DNA of 64,000 nt, from contig NW_024704743.1 in NCBI RefSeq assembly GCF_018977255.1, positions 109,246,001 through 109,310,000 on the forward strand, read 5' to 3'. The notes below the pieces were generated by a model. It worked only from the letters and a program-made list of their open reading frames with translations. It was not told the origin of the DNA and did not search any database. Positions 28,501-39,200 of the stretch are shown here, one piece after another. Numbering within the stretch: the stretch's first letter is position 1; every line of letters begins with the position of its first letter. This stretch comes from Callorhinchus milii. Its lineage: Eukaryota. Both the position numbers and the translations under genes were made by a program.

Positions 28501-30208
28501 TGTCAAAAGAGGTACATTATGTGACGTGCAATGACAAATGTTTGTGACATATAGAAGGCTATCAGAGGAATCGCTACTCAGATTCATTATTAAGAAATTC
28601 AGGTAGAAATTGTTACCTGTTAAACCCCATTAGGTGCTTTAAAATGTAGGTTTTTTTTCATTTATCTTACAAACTGCATGGAAATTTTTTTTTCTCTGTT
28701 ATATTTTTGTTAGCACATACAGTAGATCAGTGTTTTCGAGCTCTGCCGTGGTTTAGTGTCAAAATGAACTATACAGACTGGGAAAGTCAGGTTTCAGTTG
28801 TGGGGCTGAGTACTATATAGTTGGTTCCAGTGCTCTTGGGGTAGTGAGGGAAGAAGTTAGACAGCGTTCTCACTGCTGATGGCTGTAACTAGAAATCGTG
28901 TTGTGAAGCCTCTGGTATGTGGATGTCAGATGAGGGCAGCAGTGGGTGCAGCTGGCATGATGACTCCTGCAGTCAAATGGGAGTGGGGGGTGGGGAGGTG
29001 GGTGACAATTGACATCAGTCACTAAGACAATGTAACAGAGGACAACCGTTGCCTGTGGATCCTCACTATAGTTTGAGTCGGTATCTTCGGGAGAGAATGT
29101 TAATGATTAAAACAATCTACAAAACATATTTCTCGTCATACTGCTAACAGGTTAGAAAACACTTCGCCAAGAAAATTTGTTTCACCAAAGAAAATGAATT
29201 TCTGCTAAGCTCGGGGAACAGTCTGGTTAAATATTGTTGCATGATACAAATGCAAAACTGTGTTCCTTTCAAAAAAAATCAATGTCTACAAGGGCTATGA
29301 TTACATCGTAACTTCAATGTCATTCTTTGTAAAAAGGACTCTGCTGCAGAATATTGAAAGTGACTTCATGTTCGTAGGCTATCGTAGGCTAAATTATACA
29401 GTCAATTCACTTCACAGTATATTCTGTAAAGCGCTTTGAGATGTCTCGAAGAATGATAAGGCACAATATCGAATGCAAGGATTATTATTATATGACACAT
29501 AAAGAGGCCACAGTTCTTCAACAAGGAAACTGGAAGTGTGATTTAAGAAATTATTTCTTCATTGGTCTTTGATCCTGAAGCGCCTATGTTTTTATTGCTG
29601 ATATGACATGACAATGGCAGATCGTATAACCGTGGGCATTGGATCACAGACTATATACCTTGTGGTATATAAATGGCCAGCAGCAGTCAGCCTGCCCCAG
29701 CGGGTGCATTTCTGGAATTTCTGTCTAAAAGGTCTTTGCTATTATGACAGTTGTGTTAAGCCCACTTTCTTGCTAAATGAGTGTTTCTTTACAAAATGTG
29801 AGATTTATATCTATGCTAAAAACGATGGATGTTCAATGATAACTCTTTTATCTGGCTATTTCAGCATTAGAAAAACTTCTGATACTGATTTTTAGTACTC
29901 ATGTTGGGGGAGAGTAAAATAAATGGGTGAACAGAAGCTTCAACTCCCCCTTTGGGTTTAGAAGTGCTTACTGAATACAAATTGGCTTTTGCTATTAATA
30001 GGATTCACAAAAAGACAGATGGAGCTAATGGGAATTGCACTGAAGAATACGGGATGGGTAAACGGGGTCACTCGCATTTTCTCCCTGTGGGACCAGAGAG
30101 GCGGGAGCGGCTGGATTAAAGAGGCCCCTTGCAGCACTTGCCTGGCACTTGTGGTCAAAGCCAAAGCAGGCAGGCAGGCAGTGGGCTGGCTGGCAGGCTG
30201 GCTGCAAA

Positions 30209-30290
30209 ATGCATCAGGTTTTCAGCTGCAGTGACGACCGCTTGCAAGTCTTCACCACTGTTCTGTCCCCTAAAAGTGAGCTGGTTGCGG
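30209..30290 (+). CDS. VXN: VXN exon 1 (MHQVFSCSDDRLQVFTTVLSPK[SELVA]); donors after 30275 and 30290
   Basis: ATG at 30209; A|gtgagc and G|gtaagt donors, both phase 1. Confidence 0.88.
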
Positions 30291-33200
30291 GTAAGTCTCA
30301 ATATCCGGCTGATGATCCTCACTTTTCTGTGCAGACAGTAGAAGTGGGAGTGCAGCATTGTGTGTGTGTTTTGTTGTGTTGTTTTGACCCTTTATTGTGG
30401 CTGTGCTGCTGAGCTGTGAAATGTAATGTTATTATTCCAGGCTGCTTCTTAATCACAGCTCTCTTTCAACCGTCTCACAGCAGGCAGTGCCGCCAGGAGC
30501 AAACAGAGCGACTTCACACCAGTGAGGCACAAAACGGTAAGGTGCACTTTTTTTTAATATAAAAAGCTAATTAAATCACCAGAAAGTGATGCTGATATAT
30601 AATGGGGTAAGAGAATCACATTTCTATTCAAACCTGCAGGGAATAAAAGTGTGTGTGTGTGTCAGTGCTGGATGTACTACAACAACAAGTATTATTAATA
30701 ATAATAACAATCCTTGCATTTGATATAACGTGTTATCACGTCTTCGAGGCGTCTCAAAGTGCTTCAAAGCTTGTGGTGTGTGATTAAACTCACAGTAAGT
30801 GCTAACAGCCCAATCTTGCACTGACAGAAGCTTGCACCAAACCTGGGACTTGTTGGTTTAAGGTTTACAACAACAACTTGCATTTATACAGTGCCCTTCA
30901 CGGAGGCAGTGTCCCAGAGCGCTTGACAGTGGCGGAGTCTGGCAATGAGCCGGGGGAGAAGGAGCGGGGAGGTAATCGCGAGCACAAGCAAAAAGGAAGG
31001 TCTTTAGGCAGGATGTGAAGTTGGGGAGGGAGGGGGCAAGGCAGAGGGATTGAGGGAGAGAGTTCCAGAGCGCAGTGACTGAAGGCACGGCCACCAATGG
31101 TGGAGCGGAGGGGACGAGGGACAAACAGGAGGCCAGAGCCAGCCGAGCGGAGGCAGCGGGTGATGGAGAGGGGGGGAAGCAGGTCGAGATAGATAGGTAG
31201 AGAGGTGCGAGGACATGAAGGGATTTGAAAACAAGTGAGAGGATCTTGAAATTGATCCGTTCAGTAATTGGGAGCCAGTGGAGCCTAGTAAGGACTGGTG
31301 TGATGGAGGTATGGAGTTTACATTTATACCCACAACATACACGTCAATTCAATCCATTTTACAGTATATTCTGTGAAGAGTTTTGAGAGGTCTCAACAAC
31401 TTGATAAAGTGCTATATCAAATGCAAGGGTTATTATTATTATTATTACATTATTACATGGGCTCCAGGGTTGCCAGACTTTGTCTACAATTGATGACGTT
31501 TCACCTCTAGGGGCAACCTTGTGAATGAAATACGTGTGAACCATTATGTGGATCGATCAGTCTTAGGCTTCTAGACACTGTGAAAGGGCTTTTTGGAAAT
31601 TACGCTTGTGCTCAAGGTAGCAATTTGAGAAACGAGTAGATCCGAAATGATGGATTTTCTAAAGATTCAAACAAGCTATAAATAAAGTGTTCTAACTTAT
31701 AATAATAATCACCTATAAAATACACAGTCATTACAGCTTACAGTAAATCCCGTGAAGCGCTTTGGGATGTCTTCCCAACGTGAAAGGCTCTATACCAAAT
31801 GTAAGGATTATTATTGTCCTTTTTTCATGAATAAATCGAAAGGTTAATATTGTGCCGGCAGACACAGAAATGTCAGTGATGTTCTCAAAGAGTTAAGCAA
31901 TAATACAGTATATTCTGTGAAGAGCTTTGAGACGCCTCGAAGACGAGGTAACGCACTATATCAAATGCAAGGATTATTATTATCATAAAATTGGAGGTAT
32001 TCGTATGAGGTGTTAAATCATCTACCTGTTCAGGTGGACAGTAAACCCTGGGACAAAAACAGAGAGAGCTGGGAAAGCTCAGCAGGTCAGGCAGCATCTA
32101 TGAAGAAAGGAAAGTGAGTCAGCGGTTCAGGTACACAACCCTTCGTCAGAACTTTCCTTTCTTCATAGATGCTGCCTGACCTGCTGAGTTTTCCCAGCTC
32201 TCTCTGTTTTTGTTTCAGATTTCCAGCATCTGCAGTACTTTGTGTTTTGTTCAGTAAATCCTGGGAAGTGTTTTGTGACTTTCGATAACTTGATAAGACA
32301 CTCTGTAAAATGCAAGTATTTTTATTATTATTGTAAATTCTGGAATGATTATCAGATGAGTCGACAACCAAAGTAACCAAAGCAATCACCAGAATGTACT
32401 GTCAGATAGCAAGAGAGAGACAGTGAGGGGTTAAATACAACAGGTCAATTATCAGAGTTAGCAGTCATAATCTAAACCATCCTAGGTTATTGAATCAGAT
32501 ACTATTTTTGGAAACAAACAATATTTTATGAAGTAGATCACAAGCTGTAGATGGTGGGTTAAGAACTTTAGCATTTCTTGATGGCGATTTCTAAACAGAG
32601 TGCTGAGGACTGAGCAAGCAAACATAAACAGGGTTGAATTACGTTTTCAAGAGGTAGGCAAAGTTACAAAGCTGCATCAGTTGAGCTTGTGTTTTCTAAG
32701 ACCCTCGGGCTCTAGCTTTGATGTGGATTCTCTGGCCAGTCTCAGTATAGAGTGTTCAAAAGCTTAATTCATGTCTAACAACAATGTACTGTAAAGAAAG
32801 CTCACAGCCTGAAAGCAATCCGAAATATTATATTGGAGGCTCACTGCTAAACTGCAGGACACTCAAAATATAGTGGAGGCATTTTTAAGGTGCACTGAGA
32901 AGCCGTTTCCATTGCACTTTGTGTCAGCATTCATACTTTCACACTATTCATATTGCAGTTGCGTTTTTACTTTGAGTTACAGCAAACTGTACAGAATGTG
33001 GAAAACTAAAGCAATGCTGTTTATTCGTCCCCCCAACACGCACACACACCTGGACTGCTGAAGGGGAAGGAACATCATGTCCAATTCTTACCTGACATTC
33101 ACATATTCAGTAGCAATAGTGACTGAATAGTGATGAGAGCCTAACTTTTTTTTCTCAGTTTATAGCCCAGGAATGCAGATGCTAATTGTCATATCTCTGC

Positions 33201-36200
33201 TTTCACTGCAACACGGAGACCAGGGATAGTACCGAGGTGGTGGTAGGGTGGGGGGAGTTCTAGGTGTGTATGGCTCAGTACTACACCAATCAGAGACATT
33301 GGGATAAGGCTCTGTATTTATCTCAGTTCTTTAACATGTGAAAAAAGAAGCAACAGTACATTTGTTGGGGGTGGGGAAGGGAACAATATGGTATTGCACA
33401 GAAACTCAGGGTAAACAGGGACTGCATGTGATGGATTCCTTTTACAATCCTATTATGTAGTCCTTGAGAATAGTGTTCTGGTTTAGGTCTTTGAAAACAG
33501 GCCAAACTAATAGTGTTTAAACTTTCAGCTCACCGTTTGTATAAAAGGCAGATATTGAGGCAGGGTTTGCACTCCTACCCCATCCACCACCGCGCCCCCC
33601 ATTTGCTCTACCCGCTTGTGAATCAGTTTCATATGATTTAGCTTTGAGCTTCAACAAGATGATTTAGCTTGGATGCAGATTGTTAAGTTTTTTTTAATAT
33701 AAATGAATCCTGAGCCAATCTCTGGGTTCTGAACGATACAGTCACTAGTCACTCTGGCTGTAATTGGTAGAGGTGAAGTGCAAAGATCAAGTTCACCTAA
33801 CTGAATCATTTCACACACATACATCTGTTGTTTACTGTTTTTCTTCCTTTCTTTTCTGTCAGCAGGCAGGTTTTCATCCATTGTGCCCCCGCTCTTTGGA
33901 ATCCCAGTCCCTCTGACTCGTTTCCTGCCTCCCTCCCTCCTCTCTTTCAAGGCACATCTCAAAATGTAGCCTTGCTCCTCCTACCTCTCTGACCTACTAT
34001 CCCCCTACCTACCTGCCCGTACCCTCCGTTCCTCTAGTTCCGGTCTGCTCCACATCCCCCGCCCCAACCGCCCTACCATCGGTGGCCGGGCCTTCAGCCT
34101 CTCAGCCCCTAGGCTCTCGAACCCCATTCCCCAGTGCCTTCACCTTGCCTCCTCCCTTTCCTCCTTCAAGGCCGGTCTCAAGACCTTTCTCTTTGACCGT
34201 GCCTTCAGCTCCCCTCTCGACTTTCTACCCCCTCCTCGCTCCCTCTCTTCCCTCTCCCTGACCATTTCCCCCCTGCTCGGGTCCTGACCCAACTGTATCG
34301 CGCCTTGGGACGTCCTCCCTACGTGAAAGACGCTCTATAAATGGAATCTTGTTGTTGTTGTTTTTAACCGCACTTTCAGTCATCTTTACCCTCCCCACTG
34401 CCCTCCACCTCCATGATCCCAACCCCCTGCTCGGGCGCTGTGTGAAAATTGTATCCCTCTTCTCCTGAAGGCTTTGACTCATTTCAGGGTTAGTTATGTG
34501 GATGCCAGCAGCACTCTGCTACCTCACCTTACCACCAAGTGTTAAGTAGAGCCCCACAGTTAATTCATTTCTATTGCTATATTTTCTTTTAACAAACTAG
34601 GTCATCTTTCTTGTATTAGACATTTGATCCAGTTTAATGAGCAGCAAGGGAGATTCCTAGTCTTATAACCCATTTAAACTAGTAACTTTACCAGCTCTTA
34701 TCTTCTCCAGCGTAAAGCTGCCAGAATAAACTCCGTGAAATGAAAATATCAATTTTCATCATACCTCAGAGACGTGGCTTCTGGGTCATGCTGGGATTAA
34801 AGATATCTCTCCACATCGCTTTAGATATCAGCCTGGCTCAGTCGCAAGCGCTCTGACCTCTCATCTGAGCCAGGTTGACTTGGTTAATAATAATAATAAT
34901 CCTTGCATTTAATAATACGCCTTATCACATAGTTGAGACATCTCAAAGCAATTCACAGAACATACTGTAAAGTGAATTGACTGTATATTTTGTGGGTAGA
35001 AATGATCATGAAAATGACTGTGTCAGAGGCTATGCTTGTGAAGCCTTCACTTTGTCTGGTGCCTGGCTGCTCAATGTCATTCAATGGACAGCAGTGACTT
35101 GCTGCAGAGGGGCAAGAATGGTCCATATACTTCGGCCGCCAGGAAAGTCTAATTATTTTCATGGTTGATCGTCAGTGAAGACGGGCTTGCCATTGCTAGC
35201 AAGCCATCAAAGAAAACGCAGCATAAATAACGGTTGTAGCAGCGGCACTTAAAGCAGCAAGTGTTTTGAAGTCTCCTGCGTGTCAAACGTTTTCATTCAA
35301 AGTCTCCGAGTACAATACCTTGTGACATGGTGTGTGTGGTGTTTGCGTAGTGACCTTTGAGACTAGGTGCCATGAGGCTAAGGACACAGTATTTTCCATT
35401 CTTACACCACGCTAAGCATCTGATCCTTGGTATTTGTAGAACTATCAAAAGTATAGTGCTGCATATATATATGTATATATATTAACAGTGATGCGTTCTG
35501 ACCACAGAGAGCTCTGAATTGTATATTACTGTTGCCATTAATCTGCCCTTTGTTGTGGCAGCAAGAATCATTAATCTCAGTAATCATGGGACAGTAAGGA
35601 CGTGTGATCTTTTGCACAGACAGAAATAGTCACCCAGCTGAGGCTGTGCCAATTCCACTTTTAATCAGCTAATCTGATCTGTTGTTTGCTTACCAGACAG
35701 ACCTCAGCAGAAATGGCTCAGCTCCCACATGATACTGTAACCTCGTAGGCCAGAAAGATACTCACCCACATAGACACACACTTGGTTCAAGAATCACAGT
35801 TTATTAACACAAATGGGGAGGTGGGTGAAACCACAATGGCCCCAAACAGAGACAGACTGAACCACTAACAGTCCTGGAGAAGTGCAGGCACTTGGGTTTG
35901 TGGTCAGTGCTCTGCAACCCCTCTTACATCCTCTCGCCCTCACAGTCCCGCTTCCCCTTTCGTTACGCAACTTTACTGTCCGCAAGCCCCTGGCCAGCCA
36001 TATGACCTAGGCTCAGGCTTGTTCGATCCCTGGCCTTCCTGGAGCCCCAGAGAGAAAGAGAGAGAGAGAGACCTTCCACCCTTTACAGATCAAGCCCCAC
36101 CTTAGCATGCTTCCTCACTGCCGGTACCCCAAGTCTGTTACAACAACAAGTACTATTCAATGCACAGAATATCCTCAAATACCTCCTTTATTAAATATTA

Positions 36201-39200
36201 TATATTATTTACCACTTTTTTTCCTTGGGTATTCCAGTTTGCCTCTGTCCTCGATCGCACCTGTACTAACCCACTCCCAGCCTTTGACTGGTCACACAAT
36301 GACTGCAGTGTTGCAGTTCACTCGCAGGGCATCTATGTTTAAGCTCTTTGTAGATGTGTAATGTCTAAGATATTTTTATGTTCAGATTCATTGTACAGCA
36401 TTTTCAGTCAGTTAATATCGCAAAGGCCTTTCATTACACTTTGCCAAGTCATAATATGAATAGAAGCTCTGTTACTGCAGACCTCATATTTATCTTAGCA
36501 TCAATGCTGATCCCAGTCACCAATGCACCTGTGTAGCACTCTCAGTATATGGCTCCATTCCTGAATCAGCATTTCAGTCTTTAATTATTGTTTTTTTTCG
36601 AGGAGTTTCATCATTTTCTTCCCTTCCCTCTGTTACTCCTAGTAACCCAGACAGAGAAAGGGGTGAAGAGCAGGGGCCACTGCTGCCAGGTATTCCCAAA
36701 GCCATTCTGTTGCAGGAGTGACCCAAGCCGCGCTCCCTTCCAATCTAAAATTTCTGAGAAGAAACAGGATCTAATAAATACTTTGTACATTAACTTATAA
36801 TGTATCATTTACAAATGTATCCAGATGTTCTGGAGACGACCCTTCACCCCCCCTCACTCCATGTACCTCTTGATACTAATGTTCATGAACCTGGGTCCAC
36901 AAATTTGTCTTTGGGGATCAGTGGTGTATATACTCAAGAAAAACTCAGTATAAAACTGCTGCCCTGCTGACTGGCAGTCAAATCTGAGAGCCAGAAGGCC
37001 ATTGAGAAATCTGGCTACATAGAAAATAATAATAATATTAATAATCTTTGCATTTGTTATTGCACCGATAATATCAACATTGCTCAAAGTGCTTCACAGG
37101 CTTTCTCTAAAGTGTAGTGGCAGTGTATTTGTAGGTAAAATTAGGAGCCAGTAATTTCACAAACAGCCTTGACGTGAATGACCAATTGTTTCTTTGGGGG
37201 GAATTGCTGGCCAGGACACTGAGAGAACTCTCTTCTCTTTTCTAAGCAGAGAAAAGGGGCTCATAGGCAGGACTGTTCATCATTTCAATTGGAAAGCCAA
37301 ATGTGCTGAATGCCTATTTGGCAGTGACTATATTAAACTATACCTGTGCAAACACGTTTGAAAAGTGTCCCTCAGGACCTTGGCTGTGCATTGGTTTAAT
37401 AAGGCTTTTGGTGATGTCTTTCTAGTGTGTGACTGGAGCCAGTTTTTTGTTTTGAGGAGTTTCTCTGCCAAGAAAAGTCCAACAACAAGCATAAAACTGC
37501 CCGAGAAACATCCTTTGCCAGCTTTGGGATCACAATTGCTTTTCAGTAAATCTGTTAGCGAATCATGTAATGTTAGGTGCCCCGAAGAAAGAAAACCACA
37601 TCTTGCTGTTTGTAAATGCTGCATTTTAGACCCCAATCTCACACTGGCTGTGACCCGTCGCATCCCTTTCACAAAGTCAGCAGACTTCAGCATGGCAGCA
37701 GTGAGAGAGAGCAAGAGAGAGAGAGCGAGAGACAGAGAGAGAGCGAGAGACAGAGAGAGAGCACTGTCCTTCCAACTCCGGCACCTGATTTTGAATACAT
37801 TCCAAATAGATGTGATGAAAGTCATCACTTTTTATAGCTGTGGACCAGAAGTGAATTGAGTTTAATTCAGTTTCTCAGTTTCTATCCGTAGTTACAGACA
37901 TGGTGTTGGCATGTAAATTGTTTAGATTTTTGGCAGAGACAAGTGTTACAATGAATGAGCATTTGTTATAACCTCCTCCCAATGTTGACCTCTTGCAGGT
38001 GGTGGTAGAATGTGATTACTATCCTCACTGGTCAGACGAACTGATACTTTGCCAAGGTGATCTTATCCAGGTGCTGTACAAGGATGATGAGGTTTGGTGG
38101 TTTGGGCGCTTGGAAAACGGACAACAGGGATACTTCCCATCCACCTATGTCAGTAAACACAGTAAGTGCTGGAATTCAGGGCCCAGTTAAGTAGCTTCCT
38201 AAAGCAGTAACAAAGCAGCTGTGAAACTGGTTGATTTTATGTCGGACATTGGAATGTTAACTTTTGTAGGTTAAGATTATCCAATTACTTTAAAACGAAG
38301 TTTTGGTTGAAGGTTTTATTGTGTTTGTCAGCAATTGACTCCATGATATAAATTGCAATGGAATAAGTACCCGAGGGGTCCTCGATTGCACTGCAGATTT
38401 ACCCAGTGACGCATGCGAATTGGGAAGGTTTCCCAAGTTTAATCCCTGGTCTGTATTCAGTTAGCTGGTCTCAGTGAGCATTGCAAGCAGTGGCAAGCAA
38501 TGAGCATTCCCAAAGTAACATGGAGTGGGCCGTAACCTGCACTAATAGCGATGATAGTTAGTAGATGGGGGCAGCGCTTACTTGTATGCATTTCACTGGC
38601 ACAATCCACACTTTACCACAATCACAACCACAATCCCTCCACGCCGGGCGGCATCTCAGAGCGCTTAACAATGGCGGAGCCCAAGGCCAAGCCAGAGGGA
38701 GGGGAAGGTGACCATAGGCGCTGTCGAAGAGGAAGGTCTTTAGGCACAACCTGAAGATGCGGAAGGAGGGGACGAGGCGAAGGGGTTGAGGGAGGGAGTT
38801 TCAAAGTTACGGGGCATCATGGCTGAAGGCACGGCCGCTGATGGTGGAGCGGAAGATTCGGAGGACACTTCCGGAGCCGGAGCCAGTGGCTGGAGCCAGT
38901 GGATTGGAGGCAGCGGGTACTGCTGTGGGGAGAGAGGAGGTGAGAGAGATAGGGGAGTGCCAAGGAATGGAGGGACTTAAACACTAGAGAGAGGATCTTG
39001 AAGTCGATCCGCTCTGTGACAGGGAGCCAGTGAAGTTTGACAAGGACAGGAGTAATCGGGGTATGAAGTTTGGTACTGGTGAGAATGCGGGCCGCAGAGT
39101 TTTGAATGCCACTGTCACAAACCGGTCAGTCTCGTGATCCCATGCTCATTATATCTCATTCCCCTCCCTCCGTCCCCACCATTATCTCCTTGCTTTGTGG

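Noticed and set aside
30082..30092. TCCCTGTGGGA as an EBF/COE site in the VXN promoter
   Set aside because: Spacer is 3 nt rather than the 2 nt of the TCCCNNGGGA consensus.
37328..37859. Paired ~165-aa ORFs on both strands in VXN intron 2
   Set aside because: Length is inflated by a stop-free GA microsatellite; no recognisable homology or splice-consistent role.
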